DNA from: Candidatus Hydrogenedentota bacterium
GTDB taxonomy: Bacteria > Hydrogenedentota > Hydrogenedentia > Hydrogenedentales > SLHB01
Length of the DNA stretch: 64,000 nucleotides
NCBI GenBank assembly: GCA_045863295.1
Contig: BTWA01000001.1
Coordinates: 1-64,000, forward strand
Direction: 5' to 3'
How positions within the stretch are numbered: the stretch's first letter is position 1; each line of letters starts with the position of its first letter. The notes below the pieces were generated by a model. That model did no database searches. It had not been told where the DNA came from and saw only the letters and a list, made by a program, of their open reading frames with translations. Shown piece after piece: positions 1-9,584 of this stretch. Made by a program: the position numbers and the translations under genes.

Positions 1-369
1 CGCCTGGCCGAGGCCGAGGCCATTCACTCTGCTTTGATTAAGCGAGACTTGGGCCGTCCGATGACGCACGACCTCATCTGCAATTTACTGGCCGGATTGC
101 GCGGGAACTTGACTGCGGTCACCATCTATAAACTCGAAAACGAAACGTTTTACGCCCATCTGAACATCGAGCAACGCTCGGCCAGCGGACAGGTGGAGCA
201 GGTACTCCGGGTGGATAGCCGCCCAAGCGATGGAATTGCCATCGCGTGCCGAACGAACTCGCCCATCTTTGCCGCCGAAGAGGTGATGAATCAGGCCTCC
301 CAAGACGTTGCCATTCTGGGCGGGGGAGAAGAGGCAGACGACTCTGACGATGACACCGAGTTTGAGTAA
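1..369 (+). CDS. Bifunctional nuclease family protein (DUF151), 5'-truncated by the window edge
   Basis: Frame open from base 1; motifs EAEAI..RPMTHDL, TFYAHL and VDSRPSDGIAIA typical of DUF151. Confidence 0.85.
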   Translation, partial: RLAEAEAIHSALIKRDLGRPMTHDLICNLLAGLRGNLTAVTIYKLENETFYAHLNIEQRSASGQVEQVLRVDSRPSDGIAIACRTNSPIFAAEEVMNQASQDVAILGGGEEADDSDDDTEFE

Positions 370-407
370 GGGATTTCCGGCCACGTTTGTGTAGTCCGTA
401 AATGGAA

Positions 408-437
408 AACACCCCCGGGAAGGCCCCCGGGGGTGTT
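408..437. terminator. Hairpin between convergent genes, likely terminator
   Basis: Perfect 12-bp inverted repeat AACACCCCCGGG / CCCGGGGGTGTT with a 6-nt loop. Confidence 0.7.
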
Positions 438-460
438 GACATTTTCGAGTAATCGGCGAA

Positions 461-1720
461 TCAGACGCCGCCACCACCCTGATTCATGATGGAATCAAGG
501 GCAGTGATCAACGGCAGGAACAGGGCGAGGAACAAGCCCATGACCACGCCGCCAATGATAATCGTTAGCACCGGCTGAATGAGCTCGCCCAAGCCGGACA
601 CCGCGATATTCAGTTCTTCTTCATACACTTTCGAGACATGTTCGGCAATGTCATCCAGTTTACCGGACTCCTCGCCGGTTACCAGCATGTCAATGACAAC
701 CCCAGGAATGACGTGATCATTGCGCCGCAAGGGTTCTTCAATGCCTTCGCCCCGCTCCACGGAATCCCGTACGTCCTGAAGCACTTGCGCAACGCGCGAG
801 TTGTAAATTGCCGCGCGCGCAAGATCCAAGGCCGCCAACATGGAAAGGCCGCCTTTCAACAACATGGACAAGGTGCCCGTGAACTGTGCAACCGCACGCT
901 TCTGGACAATGCTCTTTCCAACGACTGGAATCTTCAAGCGCAGATAGTCCAAGCGGAGACGCCACAAGGGTGACCGCATTAGAACCGCATAAACCACGAC
1001 CAAACCAATGATGACACCGGCGAAAATAATGCCGGCCTGGGCTGAAGTGGCCATCTCCACGCCATCCATGATGGCCGTCGTGTACCAGGGAATGTTCACC
1101 GCTTCCAATTTGAGGAAGACTTCTTTGAACTGCGGCAGCACGATCTTGGCAATGAACAAGAGGACCGCGCCGCAGACCACGACCAGAATAACCGGGTAAA
1201 AGAGCGCTTGGCGCACTTTCTTCTTCAACATCTCCCGGCGTTCGCGGTACTCGACGAGTTGGCGCAACACCGACGCAAGCGTACCCGTGGCTTCACTGGC
1301 CTTAATCAGGCTGATTTCAACGGAGTTGAACGCGCGGTGCCGTTCAAACGCCTGCCACAACGTATTGCCGCTTTCCACATAGTGGGCTATGTCCGCCACC
1401 ATGCTGCGCACAGGTGCTTTCTCGCCTCGCAATGCCAAGGTGTGCAGCGATCGCAATATGGGCGTGCCCGCTTCGAGCAGCATAATGAGCTGCCGCATGA
1501 AATCGTTCACGTCGCTCGCGCGCACACGGCCCAAACTGCCCAAGCCGCTGGTAAAAGCGCTGACGCTGACCGGGGACGGCGCCGCTTCTGTGGCGGCGGC
1601 CTCCGCCATCTCGTTCAGATCGATTGGCTTGTCAGCCTTGCGCGTCACCGAGACTCCGGCTTTGCGCTTGGTGCGGCTGACGCGCTTGACCCCGCCGGCG
1701 TTGTCGGCTTTCATAGCCAT
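461..1720 (-). CDS. Type II secretion / type IV pilus inner-membrane platform protein (GspF/PilC family)
   Basis: FMRQLIMLLEAGTPILRSL, LIKASEATGTL, ALFYP, MLVTGEESGKL, LIQP; ATG at 1720 follows GGAGG. Confidence 0.92.
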   Translation of the reverse strand: MAMKADNAGGVKRVSRTKRKAGVSVTRKADKPIDLNEMAEAAATEAAPSPVSVSAFTSGLGSLGRVRASDVNDFMRQLIMLLEAGTPILRSLHTLALRGEKAPVRSMVADIAHYVESGNTLWQAFERHRAFNSVEISLIKASEATGTLASVLRQLVEYRERREMLKKKVRQALFYPVILVVVCGAVLLFIAKIVLPQFKEVFLKLEAVNIPWYTTAIMDGVEMATSAQAGIIFAGVIIGLVVVYAVLMRSPLWRLRLDYLRLKIPVVGKSIVQKRAVAQFTGTLSMLLKGGLSMLAALDLARAAIYNSRVAQVLQDVRDSVERGEGIEEPLRRNDHVIPGVVIDMLVTGEESGKLDDIAEHVSKVYEEELNIAVSGLGELIQPVLTIIIGGVVMGLFLALFLPLITALDSIMNQGGGGV

Positions 1721-1783
1721 GATGAGGTATCCTCCCTTTCCATCCGCAGCGCCCACGGCGCCATCTCGCAAAGCGTATCGGCT

Positions 1784-2860
1784 TCACACACCTACTGGTG
1801 GAGTTTCTTCGGAAGCAGCTTCCGGGGCAGTCGCATCGGGCGATTCCACGGCAGGCGCTTCGTTTTCGGGTGCAGCCACGTTCTGGCGGGCCGTCGCATT
1901 CCAATACATGATGCGCGGCGCCGAGCCTTCCGGAAGCAACACAACCGCTTCGACGGTGACCGCACCCAGGGTCGAGGCCGTGCCGTCCAAGTCGATACTG
2001 TTAAACACACCTTCACTTCGAATGCGGTAGCAGCGAGAAGTAAGCGATAGCGCGCGTGGCATCGCACCCGGCGTATCGTTTTCCATGCGAACCCCAAACG
2101 TCGACGGATCCTTGCCGGCCAACGCGGCCAGTTGCTCCAACGACGTCAAGGGCCGGGCGGCCATGACGCGTGTTGCCGTCTCGCTGGGCACATCCAGAAC
2201 CGCTTCCAACACTTCGCGCGAAGCACTGTTTACATTGATGTATCCTTGCGGCGCGGCGGTATCGGCGGCTGTGTAAACGGTCAACAGATCGGGATTGATC
2301 TTTTCAAAGGATGGACCGTCGATCAGATTGCGCGTCAACAACTCATCCACGTGACTGAGCCAGAGGCCTTCTCCAGCCGCATCTGGAAGTGCTCGCCGAA
2401 TTTGACGAGCAGTCTCGCCGCTCACATTCAAAATTCGGCTCAACACGGCCGGCGGCGCAAAATTGAGATTGATGCGCGCCGATTCGTCCAAGATGGAAAC
2501 GGACGCAACCGCCGACCGCGATTCGTCGACTACCGGGGGGGCGTCGGTTCCGTCCGCGGCACGATAAATCGATATGGGATACTCGCGTGTAGCGGTCAAG
2601 AGGCCATCGGCCGATCCGCCGTTCGCAAGGGCCGCCTGGAGATCCGCAATCGCGCCCTGCACTCCAGATTCCGCTATGTGGCGCGCCTGAACGCGGTCAA
2701 GACGCAACTTGGACTCGTCACTGTCAATGAGCGCAAACCGCACCCACGCCGTGCCAAGCAGGGAGAAAAGGCCCACCATGGCCAATGCGACCAACAGGGC
2801 CGCGCCACGACGGGAAGCGGTGTAGGTTCTTGCTTTGTTCATGGCAGTGCTATTCCACAT
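1784..2860 (-). CDS. GspK-like minor pseudopilin
   Basis: RRGAALLVAL N-terminus, DESARINLNFA, ININSASREVL-type helix-hairpin-helix segment; start may be 2842. Confidence 0.8.
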   Translation of the reverse strand: MWNSTAMNKARTYTASRRGAALLVALAMVGLFSLLGTAWVRFALIDSDESKLRLDRVQARHIAESGVQGAIADLQAALANGGSADGLLTATREYPISIYRAADGTDAPPVVDESRSAVASVSILDESARINLNFAPPAVLSRILNVSGETARQIRRALPDAAGEGLWLSHVDELLTRNLIDGPSFEKINPDLLTVYTAADTAAPQGYINVNSASREVLEAVLDVPSETATRVMAARPLTSLEQLAALAGKDPSTFGVRMENDTPGAMPRALSLTSRCYRIRSEGVFNSIDLDGTASTLGAVTVEAVVLLPEGSAPRIMYWNATARQNVAAPENEAPAVESPDATAPEAASEETPPVGV

Positions 2861-3494
2861 GAATCGGGAGCACGGCTTTGCGTGCTACCACTTCGGACAT
2901 GGGACTATTCGGGTCTGTAACAGTAAGACTCACCAACACAGCGGCCGGCAAGCCAGGTTGTTTCCATTCCGATTGCCAGCCCCCGCCGCCAGCCGCGGCA
3001 TATTGGATATCGAGTTGAAGCACACCGGCCAAGACATCGGTCTTCTGTTCTTCAGAAGGTTCGGCGGTCCGTTCGGACGCAGCCCGTACAAGGGTACCGA
3101 TGCCTGTCTCCGGCGCGCGATCAAGACGGTACGTTACGCGCTGGGATAGCGCCCGGTTGCTTTCGCCGGCCGGCGCCTGAATGACGGCGGTCAATTGATC
3201 GTTCGCAAGAGGTATGCGATAAAAAAGCTCATCCGCCTGAGCTTCGCCGTTCAGTCCCTGTACGCCAAGGCTCGCCAGCGGGGATGCGACCACCGCTGCA
3301 AGGTCCGTCTGGATGGCGTTGAATGCATTGTCCGCGGTGCGATGCAGTTGCGACTTGCGCTGGACCGCCGACCAATAGGAAGTCATTTTGTAAAACGACG
3401 TGACGCCAATACTCGTGACCACAGACAGGACACCGATCACCACCACCAGCTCAAAGAGCGTGTATCCCGAAACGCGAGTGTGTCTCATGGTCAA
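2850..3494 (-). CDS. Prepilin-type protein, GspJ-like
   Basis: GYTLFELVVV cleavage/methylation motif; C-terminal W..EW...GLPAAVLVSL typical of GspJ. Confidence 0.8.
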   Translation of the reverse strand: MTMRHTRVSGYTLFELVVVIGVLSVVTSIGVTSFYKMTSYWSAVQRKSQLHRTADNAFNAIQTDLAAVVASPLASLGVQGLNGEAQADELFYRIPLANDQLTAVIQAPAGESNRALSQRVTYRLDRAPETGIGTLVRAASERTAEPSEEQKTDVLAGVLQLDIQYAAAGGGGWQSEWKQPGLPAAVLVSLTVTDPNSPMSEVVARKAVLPIHVE

Positions 3495-3982
3495 GCACCC
3501 CCTTTGGCGGGGCCGCCGGAATACAGGGACGTCAAAGCAAAGGATTGGGGGCGGCCTTCATCCAGCCATAGGATTTGAACTGTTAATTCCAGGTAGGGGG
3601 TTTCAGGCTCGGGCCGGCGAACAAACGCCTTCCACCGGAAACGGCTATACGCAACCTTAATGGACTCTTCCATGCGGGGGACCGGTGGAAGCGTCGGCGG
3701 TTCCATCAAGGGATACCCTTCCGGTGCGGATTCCGAGCCGGAAGGAACGATCGCTCCAATTTCGGCGTTGGCAAGTGCATCCGAGGCAGGCCAAGTATAT
3801 TGATCGGGATGAAGACGAATCTCAGCGAGCCGCTCTTCCGCCAGGGCGGCGGCAACCAGACGGTGCGCATTGCGCGACTCAATATCAATGCTTCCGCGGA
3901 AGAGGGAAATGATGATCAGAGTGGCCACCCCAATCACACCGAGCGACACAATCATTTCAAGGAGCGTAAAGCCCCGCCGCAT
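3491..3982 (-). CDS. Prepilin-type protein, GspI/PilV-like
   Basis: MRRGFTLLEMIVSL motif; start could be upstream at 4057. Confidence 0.75.
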   Translation of the reverse strand: MRRGFTLLEMIVSLGVIGVATLIIISLFRGSIDIESRNAHRLVAAALAEERLAEIRLHPDQYTWPASDALANAEIGAIVPSGSESAPEGYPLMEPPTLPPVPRMEESIKVAYSRFRWKAFVRRPEPETPYLELTVQILWLDEGRPQSFALTSLYSGGPAKGGA

Positions 3983-4475
3983 CCGAGCCCGGCCCGATGG
4001 CCTGGCAAGCGAGGACACAGCAGCGAAACAGCACCCCTTCCGAGCAGTTTCTGGCATGAAAAGTACCCCGGCTTCTAACGGCGCACACCTCGCGCCCCTC
4101 CGCGCTGCAGGTTCCACTTGCGCCGCTGACTTGCCCCTGATGGATGCCTATCGTACAGCGAGTTGCAGGGCAAGTCAAGAGCAGTGAAAAATGCGCTAAA
4201 TAGAAAGGATGAACCTTCGGGGACAGTCTTTGAAGTCGGTGAAATGGGGTTCTTAATGCAGTGATGGACATTATGTTAGCTTGGATATTGCACGAACACA
4301 GACGGTTCGCTAAGTCACGCCGCAAAGGTGTATGCTGAAGGAACGCGCCGGTGTTTCATTCGGGCGGCACGTAATGTTTTCACTTACAACAGGTCGTGTG
4401 GTTTCGGTATAGTGTGCCGTTTACGCAGTGCCGCTTCGCAGCAGTACCATCCCCAATTCAGATGAGATCATTCCG

Positions 4476-5129
4476 ATGGAGTTTTTGAAAAGCGCGATTG
4501 ATCTGTTTTTACACCTGGACAAGCACCTAACGGCGATCATCTCGCAATACGGCGCGTTCACACACGTGATCCTGTTCGTAATTGTCTTTTGCGAAACCGG
4601 GCTTGTTGTCACGCCGTTTCTCCCCGGAGACTCCCTTTTATTTGCAGCCGGAGTCTTTGTAGCCGGGGGGTCACTGAACATCTGGATTCTACTCGTTTCA
4701 TTGACCATCGCGGCTATCATTGGAGACAGCGTGAATTACAAACTGGGCCAAGTGTTTGGTGAGCATGCCCGATTTATCAACCGAAAGCATATCGAACGCA
4801 CGCATGAATTCTACGAGCGCTACGGCCCTTCCACCATCATCATTGCCCGTTTCGTCCCCATCGTGCGCACATTCGCCCCGTTTGTCGCCGGCGTGGGGAA
4901 AATGAGTTATCCCAAGTTTCTGACCTATAACATTGCAGGCGGCATACTGTGGGTCTTTCTGTTGACTCTCGGCGGATATTTTTTCGCCAACGTCCCTATC
5001 GTAAAAGAGAATTTTTCTATCGTGGTGGTGGTAATCATTGTCATTTCCGTGTTGCCGGCGGTGGTCGAATTTGCGCGCGTCTGGCTTGCCAAGCGAAAGG
5101 CCCGTTTATCGGACGGCAAGTCGCACTAA
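4476..5129 (+). CDS. dedA: DedA family membrane protein
   Basis: FCETGLVVTPFLPGDSLLFAAG and ARFVPIVRTFAPFVAG signatures. Confidence 0.93.
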   Translation: MEFLKSAIDLFLHLDKHLTAIISQYGAFTHVILFVIVFCETGLVVTPFLPGDSLLFAAGVFVAGGSLNIWILLVSLTIAAIIGDSVNYKLGQVFGEHARFINRKHIERTHEFYERYGPSTIIIARFVPIVRTFAPFVAGVGKMSYPKFLTYNIAGGILWVFLLTLGGYFFANVPIVKENFSIVVVVIIVISVLPAVVEFARVWLAKRKARLSDGKSH

Positions 5130-5194
5130 CCCGTCGCCGATTCGGTTGAACCGATAAGCTATCCTCCCAAGCCCCTTTCCGATTGGATGAAAGG

Positions 5195-5224
5195 TTGACA
5201 CACAACACGTTAAGTCAATAGAAT
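5195..5224 (+). promoter_or_regulatory. Sigma70-type promoter of the tRNA
   Basis: TTGACA-N18-TAGAAT ending 12 nt before the tRNA. Confidence 0.65.
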
Positions 5225-5236
5225 TATGGGCTTTGT

Positions 5237-5326
<90 letters not shown>

Positions 5327-5426
5327 TCATTCTTTCATGAACTCTAGTGTGTATAACATTCTGCCCACCAATAAGTTACACTCGCTGTCGGCGGCCTTGC
5401 TTGGATATGTTCATGAGATCTCCGGC

Positions 5427-5564
5427 TTAGTGGCCGTGTGTGTGGGGCGAGTTATCTTGCTTGGAATCTGAAAACTGATTGACACCGACTACGTAATAGG
5501 TTGCCATCAGTATCCCAAGTAGGAGTACGGTTCCGACAATCCATTGAATAGCTGCTCTTTTCAT
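5427..5564 (-). CDS. 45-aa single-TM protein with His-rich tail (not in ORF track)
   Basis: MKRAAIQWIVGTVLLLGILMATYYVVGVNQFSDSKQDNSPHTHGH; ATGA overlap with the upstream stop and AAAGAGG RBS. Confidence 0.7.
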   Translation of the reverse strand: MKRAAIQWIVGTVLLLGILMATYYVVGVNQFSDSKQDNSPHTHGH

Positions 5565-7135
5565 GTCGCCTCTTTCCGTTTCTGCTGCGCTTCGATCTTG
5601 GATAGCAATACAGGTTTCCCGTCAGCTATGACCCAAATCGCAGGGTAGGGCTGAAAATTCCCGCTGCCTGGCATTTTGGTGACTGTGCCTGCCGCACTTG
5701 GGTATTCGGTCAGGGCTTGAATGTGCGACGTTACGCCCTCCGGACTTTCAAATCCCTGGACTAGTATATTGAGCGCATCAAAGGCAAAGGGCATCATGTG
5801 GGTGGCGAAATGGGTGTCGGGGTATCTCGCCTCAAACCTCTCCCGGAATCCTTCGTCGACGAGGTTGGTGTCAACGTACCAAGTCCCTTCGAACAACTCG
5901 GGTTTTGCGCTGAAGGAGGGAGCGACGAACGACGAGATGTTGTGAATGCCCGCATCCCACATCTGTTGCCTCAGGACGTCAAGCGCGGGATTGGCCGCCT
6001 CGATGAAATAGACGTCCGGTGAGGCTGCCCTGGCCGCTTGAATCCTGTCGCTGAAGTCCGTTGTTGTAATTTCGTATTTGGTCTCGTATACAACATCCAT
6101 CCCCTTCTTGTCTGCGGCGGACTTTACGGCTGCCACATGGCCGTTGATGCTGTCATGCTCCATGGTTAGTAGCGCGATGGTTTTGATGCCTCGGCGCTCT
6201 GCCTCGGTTGTCCAGAGTTCCGCGTCATCCTCCGGGGTTCCTATGAGCGTGAAGTTGTACTCGCCGTCTCCTATGTCGAGTATTGAGCACACGCATATAT
6301 GAGGAATCTGCGCGTGAGTGATGTAGGGTTTGATGATCTTGCCCGAGGCGGAGATTCCCCCAATGACGGCGTTGACTCGGTCTACCGAGATAAGTTTCTG
6401 GATGGCTGCCTTGGTCTGAAGCGGGTTGCTGGTGCTGCTGCGCGCTACAACAAGTTCATACCGGTGCTTCGTGTCTTTTGCCGCAATGTCTTCCTTGGCA
6501 ACTTCAATCGCTTTGAGAAAGGACTCTCCAATGACAGCGGTCGGGCCGCCCGCTGGAATCAGGACACCAATCCGCACGACACCGTCTTCGGGAACCGTTG
6601 TGCCGGCGCTGATGGTTCTCTGAGAGGTAAACTGGAGGAATGCCAGAGAGAGGATAATCGTCGTTGTCACGGGAACCCACACTACGCTCCACGCCTTTCT
6701 GTGGATGCGTAGTTCGGCCATTGCGGAGTGATGGAGGCGAATTAGGTAGTAGGCAGCGAAGATGCTGGCGATCAAGGATAGAACACCCGTAGCTTCAAGT
6801 GGAAAGTCTCCAACCGGCTGCCACGAGAAATACTGACCATACCTGGCCAACAAGAAATTGCCCAGGAACAGTTTGGCCGCGCCGTCCCAACCTCCGTCGA
6901 TAAATCCGAATCCAAGAATGATCCAGCCGCTGATGAGGCCATAGCCAAACAGAGCGACAGGTCGTCCCGATTTTCTGAACCAAATCACTGCCAGAATCGG
7001 CAATCCTATTAGAATGAGCCCAAGTAGTGCGGCGGGCCATCCAAGACGATAGAGGTGGCGAAAAGTCTCCAGCACCGAGACCGCGAGCGTGGTCGTAAGG
7101 GAAAGGCGCGTGTAGGAGTGTGTGTTGTTCTGCAT
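5561..7135 (-). CDS. Multi-TM N-terminal domain fused to a type-1 (LivJ-like) periplasmic solute-binding domain
   Basis: About 170 hydrophobic N-terminal residues, then VRIGVLIP..G, KLISVDRVNAVIGG, TTDFSDRI...PDVYF, FAFDALNIL. Confidence 0.8.
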   Translation of the reverse strand: MQNNTHSYTRLSLTTTLAVSVLETFRHLYRLGWPAALLGLILIGLPILAVIWFRKSGRPVALFGYGLISGWIILGFGFIDGGWDGAAKLFLGNFLLARYGQYFSWQPVGDFPLEATGVLSLIASIFAAYYLIRLHHSAMAELRIHRKAWSVVWVPVTTTIILSLAFLQFTSQRTISAGTTVPEDGVVRIGVLIPAGGPTAVIGESFLKAIEVAKEDIAAKDTKHRYELVVARSSTSNPLQTKAAIQKLISVDRVNAVIGGISASGKIIKPYITHAQIPHICVCSILDIGDGEYNFTLIGTPEDDAELWTTEAERRGIKTIALLTMEHDSINGHVAAVKSAADKKGMDVVYETKYEITTTDFSDRIQAARAASPDVYFIEAANPALDVLRQQMWDAGIHNISSFVAPSFSAKPELFEGTWYVDTNLVDEGFRERFEARYPDTHFATHMMPFAFDALNILVQGFESPEGVTSHIQALTEYPSAAGTVTKMPGSGNFQPYPAIWVIADGKPVLLSKIEAQQKRKEAT

Positions 7136-7145
7136 CTGGGGACTC

Positions 7146-7697
7146 TCAGTGGGTTTTAAGTTGCTTGTAGTCTCGTATGACCTCGTCGCACCAGGCGCAG
7201 AGGGTTGTAAGGGTCATGCGGTACTGCTTGACTATGGCCCGGTTGGAAAAGGGCAAGCGATCGTATTCCTCTTTCTCATGCTCTTTGATCCAGTCGCGAA
7301 ACGCCAAGAGTTCTTCCTGGAGCGATTGCAACATCTTCAGTCCCTCTCGCGAGCTGAGTTTTTCAAGGTGATAGAGAAATGCATTGCAATTGAGATGGAA
7401 AGGTTCGAAGTTGGACGAAAAATGGGTCATGAGTTCGTAGAACCGATCCCGGCCCCTCTTGTTGATGGAGTAAATCGTCTTTTCGGGCTGCGCGCCTGTT
7501 TTCGAAGTCTTGGCGAAAAGAAGCCCTTCGGCATAGAGTCGCTTGCAGCACTTGTAGACAGCCGGCGTACTAATTTTGACAAGCTTGCTGGCGTGTTTGT
7601 GTTCTATGAGTTGAGCAAGCTCGTAAGCGCTCATGGGTTTCTGGCAGAGGAATCCGATGATGATGAGATCGACCGTGGATGGCGTTTGTGAAATCAT
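7146..7697 (-). CDS. PadR family transcriptional regulator
   Basis: IIGFLCQKPMSAYEL...AVYKCCKRLYAEGL...PEKTIYSINKRG winged HTH. Confidence 0.88.
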   Translation of the reverse strand: MISQTPSTVDLIIIGFLCQKPMSAYELAQLIEHKHASKLVKISTPAVYKCCKRLYAEGLLFAKTSKTGAQPEKTIYSINKRGRDRFYELMTHFSSNFEPFHLNCNAFLYHLEKLSSREGLKMLQSLQEELLAFRDWIKEHEKEEYDRLPFSNRAIVKQYRMTLTTLCAWCDEVIRDYKQLKTH

Positions 7698-7733
7698 ACT
7701 ATACAGTATAGCAGTATCGCGTATAGTGTGCAA
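7698..7733 (-). promoter_or_regulatory. Leaderless sigma70 promoter with overlapping palindromic operator
   Basis: Minus strand TTGCAC-N17-TATACT (preceded by TGC)-N7-ATG; palindrome CTATAC-T-GTATAG spans the -10. Confidence 0.7.
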
Positions 7734-8001
7734 GGCCATCGTGAGCTCGAACAGGTTCCGGTGGCAAACCCAAGTTGAGGCGTCAGCCCGTCGGGTTTGG
7801 GCGAACGTGCGCGCTTCTTAAACCCTGCGGTGGATTTCAAATCGGGTTCGAGTCTTGTATACTGGCTGCTGAAAATTTTGCCCCCGGGAGGAATTCGAGA
7901 TCGAGTCGGGTTCTCGAGGCGAAGCGAATTTTGTCGCGTTGAGCCGCCTCCCCACATCGCGCTCTCCTGCTGCGCGAAGGTAGATGGATTGAGGCATAGC
8001 C

Positions 8002-9045
8002 GTGCGGACCGGTAAACCCCGAATTCTGATCGTGCGGCTGAGTGCCATCGGCGATGTCATTCGAACGTTGCCGGCGCTTCATGTCATCCGCGAGGCGCAG
8101 CCTGAGGCCCGAATCGACTGGGCCGTGGAACCGAAGTCTGCTTCCATTCTTGAAGGCCACCCCGCCTTGGACGAAGTCATTGTCTTTCCGCGAAGCAGCG
8201 GTTTCGCCGGAAACGCCAGTGCATTTTGGAAGTTTCTGAACCACATCCGCCGCAACCGGTACGACGTCGTACTGGACTTTCATGGCATCTTCAAGAGCGG
8301 ACTGTTGACCTGGTATTCCGGGGCGAAGGAACGATACGGATTCGCACCGCCACGATCTCAGGAAATGAGCTGGTACGGACTGAACCGGCGAATCAAGTTG
8401 CCGTCCCAAGACCTGAACCGCGTAGACGAGAATCTGCGGCTTTGTCAGGCCTTCGTAAAGGAGATCGCGTGGCCAAACACTTCCTTGTATGTACCCACGG
8501 ATGTTCAAGAGGAAGTGGACGATTTCTTTGACGCCACCTTCGACGGGGGTAAGTTGGTCGTGGCGATGCATGTCCCTGTGGATCGACCGGAAAAGCAGTG
8601 GCCTCTTGGACACTTTGCCGATCTGACGGACATGCTGCTCGCCGACGGCCGGTTTGAAGTGCTGTTGACATGGGGGCCAGGCCAGTTTGAGGTGGCGCAG
8701 GCGGTGTACGACCTCGCAAGACGTAAACCAATCATGGCGCCGCATACACCCGACTTGAAGCACTACGCTTGGCTCGTACACCGGGCCGCTATGTACTTCG
8801 GGTCGGATACCGGGAACATGCACGTCGCCGCTTCGATGGGAGTTCCTGTGGTTGCGCTATTCGGCCCCACGGATCCGGCAAAGCACGCACCCTACCGGCA
8901 TCCACACCGCGCCCTTCGTGGAGACAATTCGGGCAACAGTTCGATGGACGCGATTTCCGTGGATTCAGCTTACGATGCCTGCATCGGGCTCTTGTTTGTC
9001 GACTGCGCCAAGAAACCGGCCAGCCCCAATTCTTCCCCCGCCTAA
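8002..9045 (+). CDS. GT9 LPS heptosyltransferase
   Basis: RILIVRLSAIGDV, YDVVLDFHGIFKS, EKQWP, GSDTGNMHVAA, VVALFGPT. Confidence 0.92.
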   Translation: MRTGKPRILIVRLSAIGDVIRTLPALHVIREAQPEARIDWAVEPKSASILEGHPALDEVIVFPRSSGFAGNASAFWKFLNHIRRNRYDVVLDFHGIFKSGLLTWYSGAKERYGFAPPRSQEMSWYGLNRRIKLPSQDLNRVDENLRLCQAFVKEIAWPNTSLYVPTDVQEEVDDFFDATFDGGKLVVAMHVPVDRPEKQWPLGHFADLTDMLLADGRFEVLLTWGPGQFEVAQAVYDLARRKPIMAPHTPDLKHYAWLVHRAAMYFGSDTGNMHVAASMGVPVVALFGPTDPAKHAPYRHPHRALRGDNSGNSSMDAISVDSAYDACIGLLFVDCAKKPASPNSSPA

Positions 9046-9575
9046 TTCGACTCACTCGTAAGTACTGCTCGGATTGCACTCTCTATTTCCTTGGGCATTC
9101 CTTCGTGATATCCCAACCATTTCTTCTTCGCGTTTCCTTCGCGGTCGAAGAGTAATGTGGTGGGGTATCCCCTTAGAGCGCCAACAGTGGGGAGGGCTTC
9201 GGATACCTCGGACGTGTGGCCGCCGACCAACAGGGGGAAGGCAATCGCGGAAGTCTGTGCGTAATCCCTCAGTGTTTGTTGGTAATCCTCAGTGGATCCA
9301 CCCGTGACCGCGAAATGCACACCGATAACAGCAAGGCCCTTGGATGCGTAAGCGGCATACAGGCGCTCGATTTCGGGCGAAAGTGCTTTGCAGGGCCCAC
9401 ACCAAACCCCGAAAGCGTATAGGAGGATAGGCCTTCCTTGGAGCGGAGGCTCAGTGGGGGTATACATGATGCCGTTGGCATCGGGCAGAGTGAATGCAAG
9501 CGGCTCTGAAGTCCATGGCGCTCCGCACGCAACCAAAACCGTCAGGGCAAGAAGAAGCAATGAGTGGCGATTCAT
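9042..9575 (-). CDS. TlpA-like thiol:disulfide oxidoreductase, probable lipoprotein
   Basis: LVAC lipobox, WCGPC active site, GYPTTLLFDREG. Confidence 0.88.
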   Translation of the reverse strand: MNRHSLLLLALTVLVACGAPWTSEPLAFTLPDANGIMYTPTEPPLQGRPILLYAFGVWCGPCKALSPEIERLYAAYASKGLAVIGVHFAVTGGSTEDYQQTLRDYAQTSAIAFPLLVGGHTSEVSEALPTVGALRGYPTTLLFDREGNAKKKWLGYHEGMPKEIESAIRAVLTSESN

Positions 9576-9584
9576 GAGTATTGA

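Noticed and set aside
4254..4281. dif-like site (TTATGTTAGCT resembles the XerD arm)
   Set aside because: The XerC arm is a poor match, and nearby parS-like sites suggest the origin rather than the terminus region.
7844..7856. attR copy of the tRNA-Ser 3' end (GGGTTCGAGTC)
   Set aside because: The match is too short and does not extend into the acceptor stem.
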